DNA of 64,000 nt from Oopsacas minuta (taxonomy: Eukaryota > Animalia > Porifera), in the NCBI GenBank assembly GCA_024704765.1, contig JAKMXF010000110.1, forward strand, positions 682,001-746,000. Direction: 5' to 3'. Under the pieces are notes generated by a model. It had not been told where the DNA came from. It made no database searches and was given only the letters and a program-made list of their open reading frames with translations. The stretch's first letter is position 1. Every line of letters begins with the position of its first letter. Below are positions 45,688-58,909 of the stretch, one piece after another. Both the position numbers and the translations under genes were made by a program.

Positions 45688-47105
45688 CTAGTTCTTGTTG
45701 GGTACAGGAATTCCATATACCACACTACGTTGCTTAGCAACCTGATCTTGCCATCTCTTCAGTCTGTTACGTATAACTGTCTTGTAGGAGTTTGAGCGCT
45801 AAAATACATAAATCAATAACAGCTGTTTATATGCATAATATCTGAGACTCTTCATTCATTGGTTGTAGTTAATTTCTAAAAATATGGTTTGTGTCTCCCA
45901 GGTGGTACCGTATTAACTACCTTGCATCAAAATGGCGTGTAATTTCGAATTTTTTATCAGCACATATATTGACACCTTTGTGTTTGAGAAAGTAAGTAAT
46001 GTTCTCAACCTATCAGATTAGAGGGTATACCCATATCTATAACACCTATCTGAGACTGAACATTGATTGGTTAAGGTTAAAACGATAGGAAACTAATGGA
46101 TTTTGAGCAATATTGTAAGAGGTGTGATATGATATTTTGCCATATTTCAATCTGTTCGTTCGTATATGAATTTATCTAACTTACAAATTCCTCATCTTGA
46201 TCCGGTTGTATTTGTGTCCAAGTAGAAGATTTCCTCCTTGATCTTACCAGGTTAACAATAACAATAACAACCGTATAGACAGACATCGCGAATAGAAATA
46301 TTAGTGTTAGAGAAATCACTCCCTAAATATGTACAAATTAATTTCACACCTTTCACAGGTGTCAAAATTATAGAATAGTATCTCCATTCGATGATCCCCT
46401 CCCTCGCTGAAGGGTGTAGCAATACCAATGAGGTAACCATGGAAACTGTGACATAACACGTCACAGAAGCACGTTAGGGAATTGGTGAATATATTCATGG
46501 TATGTATATGTGATTATATATTGTGTCGCCTGTCAAGGGTGTTAAAATATGAATAATCACTCCGGCTACTATTCTAGCTAATAGAACCATGGATAACAAA
46601 CCTGATTCATGAAATGTAATCTCTGCTCATAGCTACATTGACACTTATTACAAACTTCAAGTACTAGATCTACATATTCACTGTCATTCCTCTCTGATCC
46701 AACTACGTATCTGCAATTACTGTATGAGAGTTAATATGATACTATTATTAGAATATATTCTACGATAGTTCCAATTGCAACTAACCATTCAGTGGGTCCT
46801 CCTATCGCTTTAATAAACACAGTTTGATTAGCTGTGAACTCCTCGTATGCTTCATTCTTCGGACAAACACATTTGCATCTCATCTCGTAAAAATAACTTT
46901 CCTATACATGTAATATATTGTTTGTTTGTTTGTTTGTTTGTTTGTTGACATTTCAGAAATGAATAAACATGTAGATACACCAGTAGACAACAAAATAAAA
47001 GTATAATCCAAGTAGATAACATTCCAAAAGGTGTGATAATATGTATCTTACCGATATCTGTATGCTTGATAACATAACGAGTAAAGATAGGAGGAGAATC
47101 TTCAT
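45688..47105 (-). CDS. TMEM9: TMEM9/TMEM9B-family type I membrane protein; 5 exons (47105-47052, 46901-46786, 46719-46602, 46322-46185, 45798-45688), 178 aa
   Basis: Hand-spliced with all introns GT-AG and in frame: signal peptide MKILLLSLLVMLSSIQIS, then EMRCKCVCP...ECNCRYVV...CNKCQCSYEQR, a TM helix, and the tail RLKRWQDQVAKQRSVVYG. Matches TMEM9 hallmarks RCKCICP, CNC, CxCxYE.R and RWKxQVxEQRxxVF. TMEM9 versus TMEM9B is not resolvable. Confidence 0.85.
46395..46580. mobile_element. Interspersed repeat family E (about 190-220 bp) in TMEM9 intron 3; second copy at 52272-52491
   Basis: Both copies share GAGGTAACCATGG...ACGTCACAGAA.CACGTTAGGGA.TTGGTGAATATATTCATG...AAGGGTGTTAAAATATGAATAA...GGCTACTATTCTAGCTA. 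Confidence 0.8.
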
Positions 47106-47970
47106 ATTAATAACTAATGTAAGGATTGTATGATGCTCAGGTTAGCTTTTCACACAAGTGTTTGTGTTTCACACAATTTTGAATTGTCCCTCTTTTGGTG
47201 ACTCATATTATAACAAATATACTAAATCCCACCAAACACAACTTCCCCGCCATTTTCTTAACTCTGTATGGCATTAATGGCGGAATGTGTCGGTTCTTAT
47301 TGGTTCTACTTCCAAATTTAGCGGGACGTAGCATATTTACATGAGACTAGAGTACAAAAAGCGGGACACTAGCCTCAACACATATCCGAAAAGGCTGTAC
47401 CCCCTCCAATACCGGGACAGTTGGCAAGTGTAATAGTATGAACCTTGTAGGCATATAATCTGACAAAACTGGACTCTCATTGCCTATTGGGACCCTCGTT
47501 AATGATTGAAATATCCATTATTATATATACTATTGATATATGTGTATTGTGGCTATAACCTATGATTGAGCATATTATAGTGTCACAAGATTATATATCT
47601 TAGCTTCTAATCTGAAAGGATTTCTTAGTTGATAAAGATTCCACTTTGTTTTTGTGTACATGTATAACTTGTTTACTTTGTGTTGTAAGTAAATAATAGA
47701 TGAAAACATGTAAACAAATTGTTTAGAGAAATATGCTTTATCGAAAATACGTGAATGTTGTAATTTGAATAATTCCATTTATATATTTTGAAAGAATTAA
47801 ATCATCGAAGTTACAGTTTAACCTCCACGAACGTGGTGTCAGGGACGCATTCCATTTCCCAGAGGCCCCGTTTATGGAGGAGGTTACACCGTACAAATTA
47901 GTCCCACAAAACAAAAAGTGGATCGATTCCCCCTTTTGACACTTCTGTTACTAAAATTAGCTCTGTGAAT

Positions 47971-50321
47971 ATGGCATGTGACTATGAGCTTGGTAAGTTC
48001 ACATACTTGGATCAAATTCAACCAATAATCACACATCCTCTAAAACGACCAGCTGTCATTGAAATTCCTGACTTATCCGACCAAAATACGAGCTCTGATG
48101 AATTGGAATGTAAACCAATATTTGAGACACCTTCGAAGGGACAGATTTCGTCTCAGGAAAGTGTGAAACGGAGATTGAATGGAATTTGTACAAATTTGGA
48201 CTCGCCGAACAAGAAAATTGCGATTTCTGAATTCGCCACTAAGAGCAATATTGTTGACAATATTTCTATTTGTGTGACTAAACAATCAAAAAAACATCTA
48301 CACAACAAACTACAGAAGATAAGTAAACAACTAAGTAAACAATCTATCGACACGACACCAAGTAAACAATCAAAAACAACAACACAACAAACAGACAACA
48401 CGATAGAAATTACACGGAACATTTGCCTGTGGTATATGTGTGGTACAAACACGAACTTTTCGACACCAGAATTATTACACGACCATGTCTTACCAACACA
48501 TATTGAGCCTTGTGAAGGTCAAGACATATTCATGTGTCAGTGGAAGGGTTGTAAAGTGTATAATGTGCCATCCTCAAGCTATAATGGGTACAAAGGTCAC
48601 GTGTTGGCTCATACTAAAGCAAAGATGTATAGGTGTTTGATACAAGAGTGTCCAGCAGCTTTCAGGACTAGAGAAGGTTAGATATTTTCACACCTTTCAA
48701 TGCCACTTTTACGATACATAACAGCAGGAGGTCCACAGGATCTCAAAATTTGTATAGGGGTCAATTGGTGAAAATTTTTGGACACAATATTATTACTGTA
48801 TCTATCTTGTTATATTGTACTGCATTCCAATATCTACTCTCGTATCTAGGGCTTGCTCATCACATGGAGATGCAGGACAATCACTTCATAATCCCTAGTG
48901 AGAATAAGAAACAGCCACGGCCTAAACAGAGACACAAGTTAAAACCTAGAGCTCTCTTTAGCTCCAACAGCCCCCATTCTAAGTCTAGACACTGTATGGA
49001 CACACTCTCCCCTATAAGAAGATCACAGAGACTCCACCATGCACCTTCATTCAAGAAATATTTCATAGAACAAGAATCAGATGAGGAAGTCAAGTCGAGT
49101 AGGTAATAGCTTATTTTATCTAAAAAATCTATTTATACTTATGTAAATTCCAGCTGGCATTCTTTTTCCCTGAGCCAATCAATTTACAGTCTCAGATAGG
49201 CTTATGAATTCATACCTTAAGTTGACTAATAGAATATCAGCCGATGCATAGGGTAAACCCTCAAATCTGATAGGTGGACATATTTGTCGCCTTTCTCAGA
49301 GATGTGTGAACTTTAGGCTTAGATTTTAGAGTATATTCTTAGATATATCATATGCCACACAGGTGGCGAATTTTGTAGCTATATCTCCTACCAGTTTTTC
49401 AATATATTCATTATTATTTCAAAACTTTATGAGCAACTTCTATTTTTAGAACCCGGAGAATTTATACAAGAACCCATTCTGTTGAGTATACAGAGACAAG
49501 CGGAGACGATGACGTCATCTGACCTCCTCAGGTCTATACGGGACCAATCATTAGCGTACGAAGATAAAAACGAAAACTTTGAGAGTTCTGATATGAAAGA
49601 GGAATTCTTTGAAAAGTGTTTAACTCGTTTACGGGATCAGAATACTTTAGAGTTTAAGGTTATTTTCTTATAATTATTTGATCTAGTATCTGAATACCCG
49701 CTTATATGGAAGTGTAAAATTGTACCAATATGGTCCCAAACCATAAAAGTAACATACGTCCCATTGGTTATATCGAAACGATTATCACGGTCCCTAGAGC
49801 TTCGATATAACCGGAGTTGACTAGAATTATATTCGAGTATTATTCAAGGTAATGCTGTATTATAGGTATTTGGTCAAAGAATTATTGGAGGCAATTCAAC
49901 AGCTGAATTTCTTTGTGGATTTTCAAAGTAAGTTCCAAATTACATATTTCATATTCCGGATTAACCTGGCTTGTATTTTTAGCATAAATGGAACTAACCC
50001 CATTTTTACATTCAGTTTCAATTGAAATAAATATACTTTCAGTTTCTCACATTCCAGCCCCCCAGCTTAATTCATTATTTATTCAACACGGAGCCCGTTG
50101 GTGGTTCATGGATGACAGTAGGGGTTATCCATCCGCTGTATTATTGAACCATGGATATTTCTAAAAAAATTTTATGATATTCTATTTTTAGAACTTTCCT
50201 TGATTGGATTACATCAGAAGCTCTTGCAAGTCTCATCCAATCATCTTTGAGCCTTTCACAACCTGACAACCAATGCATACACTCAAATATGCTAAGAATG
50301 CGAACTAACAAACGTAAATAG
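47971..50321 (+). CDS. AEBP2: AEBP2/Jing-like C2H2 zinc-finger protein (PRC2 accessory subunit), multi-exon
   Basis: CLWYMC...LHDHVLPTHI, FMCQWKGCKVYNVPSSS...HVLAH and YRCLIQECPAAF.TREG|LAHHM closely match the three AEBP2 fingers (FVCLWKGCKVYNTPSTS). Downstream exons inferred from splice sites. Confidence 0.8.
49690..49823. mobile_element. MITE family A, reverse partial copy in an AEBP2 intron
   Basis: Ends GAGCTTCGATATAACCGGAGTTGACTA. Confidence 0.7.
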
Positions 50322-50673
50322 GATACATAGTGTCAATTGGCAGATTTTAATATTTTACCTACACAATACATCTGTATGTAGATTCTCTCTTAGTATAAGT
50401 TTTACCGGCAGCTATTACTCCTTTTCATGTCTGATAATTTATCAATATACATATTTATCATATTTTTTCGTTGTTTGTTAGTTTGTTAGTTTGTTAGTTT
50501 ATTTGTTAAGAGCCGTTCAAACAGGGCCAACCAAATATTAGAAGTGTTAGAACTAATTCATTACGTATTTTCTCATTTCTTATCTTGTGACTATACTACG
50601 TGTTGTGTATGCATAGATTTATAAATATCCACAAAACTCAAATACAATCATCCTTCATAATTCACAAGTAAAT

Positions 50674-53600
50674 ATGGTAAGTGACTAATTCTCTAATTGT
50701 CCGCTTCGAACCCCATTGACAACTGGTAGACAGTTAGAGAAAACCCACTGACATGACTGATATTTGAATTCTTAATACCCCCCCTATAGAGTAATGAGAA
50801 TCCAGTTCCTCTGTCAGCTACTGATGACATGTTAGCTTTGAATGGTGACTGTCCTGACCATCTATATTCCACCATTTTCACACTAAACGATAAACCTGGT
50901 ATCCTACTTGAGGCTCTCAAACCATTCGCGGTGAGTTGTTATTTAGCCTCAGTTAAATAGGAAACTGTTGTCTTATCATCTCTTTTATATATCTAATCAC
51001 TCAATGAGAGGTGTGAAAATATGCATCTAAAGTTTCAGTAATGTAAATCACTCATAATTATCAGAGAGATTCCCTACAGATTACATCATTAACTCCATTG
51101 ATATCTCAGCTATACATTCTATGTTGATTCGTACTAATTTTTAAATATGGGTTAGTTTAAATTCTAAAATGTGTAGCGGCGCACTTTGGGCCCTTTAAGG
51201 TCCCTGTTCAGATGGGTACAGGAGTCCATTATAGATCCTCGATCCTCCAATTGACCCTATTTCTAACACCCCATTTAATTGAGATAAATTGGGAGGGATC
51301 TCGCATTTAATAATCATTCCCAAACAGAATATTCCTCACCTTCAATTCTTGAATTACAGTTCTTCCTGCATAGCAACCGATTAATTACATTGGTATGTAT
51401 CCTCTAGTCACTCTCTATCAGTATGTCACATATAGAATCACGACTAGGTAGGGATCACGCTGGTTATGACTTCTATGTGGAATTTATCTGTGAGACAGAA
51501 GAACTGTTATCTCAGCTGACTAAGAAGCTGGAGGATATCGCTACTAGCGTGTCTCTAATGACAGAAGGGGGCAGAGGGAATAAAGGTTGGTACAAGTATA
51601 TATATATAGGGGCAAGTGGTTATTCGACACCTTTTTTAAGTGGTCAGTAATCACACGATGGCAAGAGCTACCAACTTGGAATTCGATATATCCAGGTGTG
51701 TATATAAATAAGAAAGCGAGATATTGACAGGTCCCTGAGAAAAGGTGACAAATGTGTCCACCTATCAGATTTGAGCGTTTACCCAATATTATATCTATTC
51801 TTGTTCACTTCTTGTTATTGTTATTTACTTCTAGTTCCATGGTTCCCCCGGTCTATCCGTGATCTGGACAAGTTCTCTAACAGGGTGTTGTCCATGGGGG
51901 CTGAGCTTAGTTCTGATCACCCAGGATTCACAGATTCCGTTTACAGAGCAAGGAGAGCTCAATTTGCAGATATTGCAATAAATTACAAACAGTCAGTTGT
52001 TTGTTTGTTTGTTTACTTGTCTGTTTACTTATTTACTTCACAGTGGAGAGCCTATTCCACGTGTTGAGTATACAGATAGCGAAATTAACACTTGGTAAGT
52101 TGAATTCTATTTTTATCACAACACACATTCCATAAATATCTTTGTAACCATAGGAACGAGATCTTCACTAAACTATCTACTTTATTTCCCACACATGCTT
52201 GTAAAGAATTCAATCGAAACTTTCCTTTATTGGTTGATAATTGTGGCTATAGGTAAGTTCTTTCGACCCATATTTTAGGCTCGCCTCGCTGAGAGGTGTA
52301 GCCACATACATACCAACGAGGTAACCATGGTAACTGGGACATAATACGTCACAGAAACACGTTAGGGAGTTGGTGAATATATTCATGTATAGATTACTAT
52401 GATTCATGGTATGTATTATGTGATTATAGATTATGTCCCCCGTCAAAGGGTGTTAAAATATGAATAATTACCCTGGCTACTATTCTAGCTACTTCTGTAT
52501 TTATTTACTTGTTTATTTAGAGTTGGTAACATTCCACAACTAGCAGATGTTAGCAATTTCCTTAAGGGTAAGCTCTCCTGACCATTGCATTATATTATTT
52601 TGAGGAACTGGTAAGAGCTAGAGACTTTAAATTTGGCATGTGTCTGGTATGTGATAAATCTATTAACACCTAATATCTAAGCGATATCTCATAAACTCTC
52701 TGAGATAGGTGTCAAAATGTCTTGCCCTATCAGATTTGAGGCTCTAACAGAGGCTAATTTGAATGCAAATATTATTAATTGGTTCCTATTCGCAAAATTC
52801 TTAAAATTCCAATTGAATAAACATGTAACTATGTTCTGAATTGGAATTTACCTACGTTGTAGGCAGCTATAATTAGTCGTGATTAACAGCTGTTCTATTT
52901 TTAGAATGTTCTGGATTTACCTTGAGACCTGTAGCAGGACTGCTATCATCACGAGATTTCCTTGCTGGATTAGCCTTCAGAGTATTCCACAGCACTCAGT
53001 ATATTAGACACTATTCTAAACCTATGTATACCCCAGAACCGTGAGTTAATACATTAATATTAGGTGTCAAATGGTACTCTGTGGGTTCCGGTTTTATCAG
53101 AAATTGCCCTCCCCATTGATGGAGGATCTATATATTAATGTTATATACAAACCCCCCTCCAACCAAGCGAGGAGTACCTCACAATGACTCACATAGAAAA
53201 CTTCCAAGCAGATGAACTAAAATCAATCCAAGGTTAAATATCTAATAAGCATATAGCAAACTCAGAGAACATTCCTTCTCAAGAATAGACCCATATATGT
53301 AACCCTTAGTAACACCTGTTTATTTTTACTTGTGTTCTTAGAGATGTATGTCACGAATTGATTGGGCACGCTCCTCTTTTTGCTGATCAAAAGTTCGCTG
53401 AGTTCTCTCAGGAGATAGGACTAGCGTCTCTTGGAGTATCTGACGAGTATGTCAAGAGGCTAGCTGCTGTAAGTGCTGGAGAGTAGCTAACATGATTTTA
53501 TCTTTGTAATGTGTCGTATTATCACCTCTTAAACATTAGTATACTGTCTCAATGTGGCATGAATGTGTCGTATACCCGTTCACACTTGTTACCACATAAA

Positions 53601-54239
53601 ATATCAATCTATATACCATTGTACCCCTATTATAAAGGTGTGAATACTATAATATAATCCATGTAAGCCTTAGGGGTCCACGGATGACACCAGGGTGTCT
53701 ACAGGATCTTGCAGCTATGGGAGGGAACCAACAGAATGTGTTAAAGGGGTTCACTTGGAACCCTATGGTATAATATATCTATCCTATAGATGTATTGGTT
53801 CACAATAGAGTTTGGTCTCTGTAAGCAGGATGGAGAGCTAAGAGCTTATGGGGCAGGACTCCTGTCCTCATTTGGAGAGCTGCAGTACTGTCTGACCGAT
53901 AAACCTGAGATCTTGCCGTTAGAACCTGAGGTTACTGGTAATAAGGAGTACCCTATTACTGAATTCCAACCTACCTACTTCGTTGCTGAGGACTTTGAAA
54001 GTGCTAAGAAGAAAGTGAGGTTAGGTTATTTGTATTTGTTTGTTTGTTTGTTTGTTTATTTGTTTGTTTATTCTAGGAAGTATGCAGAATCTATTCCCAG
54101 ATCATTTACCTCTCGTTATAACCCGTATACTCAATGTATAGAGATATTAAGCAGGAAGGATCAGATAGTAGATCTGAGTCTATCTATACAAAATGACATG
54201 TCTATACTACAAGAGGCTCTCTCCAAATTACATAATTAG
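50674..54239 (+). CDS. PAH: Phenylalanine-4-hydroxylase, multi-exon
   Basis: ACT domain (STIFTL...MSHIESR), [65 protein letters not shown] (Fe ligands), YWFTIEFG and [12 protein letters not shown]. The PAH-type YPITEFQP differs from TH (YQDQTYQ). Confidence 0.95.
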
Positions 54240-54812
54240 TAAACAAGTAAACAAACACATAAACAATAAATAGGCAGATAAATAAACAAACAAACTTACA
54301 AGCAAACTTACAAACAAACTTACAAACTAAGTTACTTATAAACAAAACTCACTTACAAACAAACAAACAAACAAATAGGTAACCAATCATCCTCACTCAA
54401 TTTATTTACATATCTGTATACCAACAAACACAATTTGTGTTTATTCATATTTCCCTGTTTACTGTTTGTATTATTAGCATTCATTTGTTTATTAGTAATT
54501 CTACTTTCCTTGCTTTGTAAAGTATTTAATATCACTTACTACCATTTATCACTTTATGGGTTTTACTGTTCGGACAGTAATCAATCTCGTTTCCGCCCGG
54601 GTATGATATTCAAGATTTCGTCCCTCTTTTAAAGGTGTCAAATATTAATTTCTCTTATATATTTCCTGAATTCCATTTGAGTATTTCTATCGCTAAGTAA
54701 CTAATGTGTTACCTAATCTTTGAAAAATTTTTGTTTGTTTGTTTGTGTACTCTTTTCCTCATATACTTGATAATTCTGACTGAATCTAGCTCGATATTCT
54801 AGCTGCTATTCC

Positions 54813-57800
54813 ATGGCTACAAATGGTCCTCATAGATCTGGAAACACAAATCAATCTTCCCGACTAAGCAGACCCACCAGAATATTTAGTAAACAAACTT
54901 CTGAGGATGCAAACAATGAAACAAACAACACACCAGATAAACCAAGGTAAATATAAACAATATAATTGGTAGAAATATGCTTAGATGGACATCATGTGGA
55001 GCTTAAATAAGTTTCTCATTAAGTTACACCACTTGACACCTTTCTAGAACAATGACAACAGCCCTCTACGGAAGGTTTGACCTAGAGGAATGTGATGAAG
55101 GTGTGAAGATTAATCATGTCTGGGACTCAGAATCTGGTCTGCCTACTTCTAGACTGATCAATGAAAAGCGTCCAATCAGTCCGTCAGCTGCAAGGCGTGA
55201 TTCTCATTGGTTAGCACAACAGGCGTCTTTCTCTATAGATCCAGATATGGATTCTGGTTAGTATTTGTTATTTGCAATTTTTGCCATTTTATGACACATT
55301 GTGTCGAGTAGATGTGGCACTTATGGAGGATATCTTGGGCGAGACACAGAGTATAAAACATAGTCCTGACCCCCTGGAGGAGATTAGTCAGGAGAGGCCA
55401 CAACTGGACAGTCCGAATCAGCTGTTCCCTATCCCCACAGAGGAATCTCAAGGTTTGTTATTGTTTGTGTATGTATATTTCCTTGTTTTTATTATTATTA
55501 TTATTATTGTAGAAGAACCTATTACAGAAACACTATCAAGTTCATCTAATTTTAGGAGTAAGCTTTTGTCTTGTTTACATCTTGTTTACCTGTTTATTGC
55601 CAGTTTGTTTACTTGTTTACTTCATCTTTGTTTATAGATATAGAAAAGGAATTAAAACTTAACAAGAAAAATGTATTTATTTTGAGTGAATCTGGAAAGC
55701 CAATATATTCAAGGTGATAACATAGCATAGCTGCATTATATGACTCTTTATTAACACCTTATAGATATGGAGATGAGGATCATGCTGTACATCTGTTTGG
55801 TATCATGCAAGCTTTTATCGCGTTTGTTGAGGACAATAAAGATGAATTGTTGTGAGTGTTTATAAGTTACCATAGTGATGAGAATAACGTTAAGGAATGT
55901 ATATTTATATGGGACACCATATGACCTTCCTTGCAGGTTTACTGACACATTGTTGCTCAAAACTTATAAATACAGTTCTACCTATCCATGGTTCGGTAAT
56001 ACAAATGTTTATACTTGTTTAGATACTTTTCTACTGACACTCATAACTTCGTGTTTGTACACAAAGGTCCTCTGATACTAGTTTGCATAGCTAACACATA
56101 TGAATACCCAGACCAGGTTATTGTTATCTACTTCATAGTTCTATTTTACAATAGGTGTTAAAATATGTATACACCACTTCGTAAATTCTATTTAACGAAT
56201 AGAATATCAGCTACACATCCTGGGGAAACCCTCAATTCTGATAGGTGGACACATTATACACCTTTTCTCTGATTATGTCGCTTAGATATATCTCATTAAC
56301 TGTTTAACTGTTTAGCTGTTTAACTGTTTAGCTGTTTAGCTGTTTAACTGTTTAGCTGTTTAGCTGTTTAATTGTTTAGCTGTGTGTTTAGATTCGTCTA
56401 CAAATGAACATGCTATATAACCAGATAATTTCTCAAATAACTAACACACAACTGAACAGAGTATTCCAGGAGTACAGGAATTTTGACCTCAGGAGATGGC
56501 TTACTGGTAAGTGTGACACAATTCTAACACCTTAATTTGGGTGACACAAATATGTGTCTCAAGGATTACTAGACCCTTACCTCTCAAACAGGCTCCATAT
56601 CTAATAAACAACTAACATAATAGAGAAGTGTTATGTGTATATTTATTTGTTATACTCTAGATAGATTCCTTTCTTCACTAATTGAGTTAATGGATGAAGA
56701 TCCCAGCTATCTGCTACAGGCTGTAAGTTGTTTGTTTGTTTGTTTGTTTGTTTACTTGTTTACTTATTTGTTTGTTGTTTAGATTAGATGTATACCAATG
56801 AACAATACACTCAGAGAGAATATCAACTCAACTATCATACAAGCTGGAAACAAAAACAAAGTAGGAAGCATTTATCCAACAAAACAACAAACAAACAAAT
56901 ATGTTTACAATATATTATTGTTATTTAGAAAGTGCTGTTTACTCTTCTAATCGCTAACACAAGATTAATAGCCTACGTCAGACACAAAAGTTATAAACTG
57001 GGTCCTTCAGGTAATCAAACAATAGACACCCTCACTGGTACTGTTATGGCCAATTTGGGTGAGAGGGTGTGGGTACATGTTCCCTTGTTCCTCTCTGCAT
57101 TTTTAGATATTCTATTGCTGTTCAATATGGTACACAGTACTACCTCCTTTAAGAACTCAGAGAATTGGACCCCAGTTTGTTTACCAGACTTTGACAACAG
57201 GTAAACAAGTTGTTTTCAACTATATTATAATTGTTTACTTGTTTGTTTACTCCTCTAGAGGTTATATGTATGCACATATTTCATATGTGAATGAGACTAG
57301 TGCTATGTATTTGATTCTCCTGTCTACTAACCGCGAAGCATTCTTCGATTTGAAAGAAACACACACTACCATCGTAGAGGTAACTCCAGCTGTTAACACA
57401 TTCTGTGAACTCTGTGCTGTCATACGTGGACCACCCGTCCGTCCGTCCGTCCGTCCACGGTGTCCTGAGATATCTAGTGGCCCAATTGAAGTGTCGCATT
57501 GGTACTTTTGGGGTATAGAAACGCACCTTGAGTATGAAATATTTATAAATGAATATTTTCACACCTTTCAACAAACAATATTTGTTTACTCTTTTAGAAA
57601 TTAAATTCTCATGGATATTTACAAAAAATAGAGAAATCAATAAGATATGCAGATTACACTATGCGTGAGTTATTTATTTGTTTGTTGTTTGTTTGTTTGT
57701 GTTTTTGTTTTTGTTTATTAGTTTATTTGTTTGTTTATTTCTATATTTAGCTCAGATCAAGGTGCCAGAAGTGAGACACTTTATTTTCAAGAATTTCAGA

Positions 57801-58654
57801 CTGAATCAGTACACCATGCCATTATATGGTCCACCTTATGTGGATGAGAAAGAGAGGGAAAGGTGTTAATATATAATCATATATTACCTCTAAATTTAAT
57901 CAGGGGTCCCAACCATTCACTCGTGGACCACCAAGTGGGATCCACCGGTTAATCAGTCCAACACCTTTAGTCCCCTCAATCGGGTTTAAAAGGTCTCCTC
58001 CCTATGTTACCCTATGTAGTGTAGCTACTGTGTTTACTTTGTTGTTGTCTTTAGACTTTACGGACAATATTTGTATCTTAATCACAATCTGTATAAGCCT
58101 ACAAGACCCGCTAAGATAATATACACTGTAGGACCCAAGGAGACTCTATTCGCATGGGTAAGTATGTCTGTGTGTGAATTTCATCAAATCTATAATAATA
58201 TTTTCACACCTTTTTGATGCATGGAATTGGCACATGGTTACATTTTGGAGTGTACATATGTACCTCTTGTATGAAATTGGTCAGGTGAATATATCACACC
58301 TTTTAAGTTTGACATAGTTCATGAAATGTGTCGCTAACAACAGGTCATTACCATCTTCTGGATGGAATACGGTTAGGAGAACATGTATTGCTTCTCCCAA
58401 GGGTGTTATAACTTGTATACATCTTTTATTATTTGTTGTGTTTGTTTTAAAGATACATAAAGAATTTGAATGGTATGCTGTATTCGATCCTCTAATCAGC
58501 AAGCCTAGCGCTGTTGATGCTATTAATAAGCTCTGCAGATGGATGAAGGTAAACAAATGTGTGAATTCTATTTGTTATTTATTTATTTGTTTAATTGTTT
58601 ATTTGTTTACAGAATACAAAAGATGAATTATTCTTACGACCTGCAACTTACTAG
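54813..58654 (+). CDS. MON1: Vacuolar fusion protein MON1 (Rab7 GEF subunit), multi-exon
   Basis: KKNVFILSESGKPIYSR|YGDEDH...GIMQAF, YNQIISQIT...NFDLRRWL, SENWTPVCLPDF, MYAHISY, VPEVRHFIFK, EFEWYAVFDPL, and C-terminal DELFLRPATY*. Start approximate. Confidence 0.85.
56295..56385. repeat. (TGTTTAGC/TGTTTAAC)n 8-mer tandem array in a MON1 intron
   Basis: Directly visible. Confidence 0.9.
57420..57568. mobile_element. DINE-1/HINE-like repeat with (CCGT)n, reverse relative to 8481-8640
   Basis: Collinear similarity with 8481-8640; ends ATATTTTCACACCTTT. Confidence 0.5.
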
Positions 58655-58909
58655 TGAACAACAAATCTAATATATTACCTGTCATAAATATTTGTATGTA
58701 TAAATTCGCTATAAATATTAATATACACATGAAGCCCATTCTGACGTCACAGATGAATATTGAATTTATTGCTTGTTACATGTCAAATACCCCAGGAACA
58801 TTCTAGAACAAATAGAACATTCTAGAACTTCGGCGTCCCTGACACACTGTATTTGATTATTGTAATTGAAATTGTATTTGTTTGATTATGTAATTAGTCC
58901 CAGTTTAGC

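Noticed and set aside
46316-52446. Similar small ORFs [16 protein letters not shown] at 46316-46498 and 52210-52446 as a paralogous gene pair
   Set aside because: The similarity comes from intronic repeat family E; the flanks belong to TMEM9 and PAH.
50674-54239. Tyrosine or tryptophan hydroxylase (neurotransmitter synthesis)
   Set aside because: Specificity-region residues ([20 protein letters not shown]) are PAH-type.
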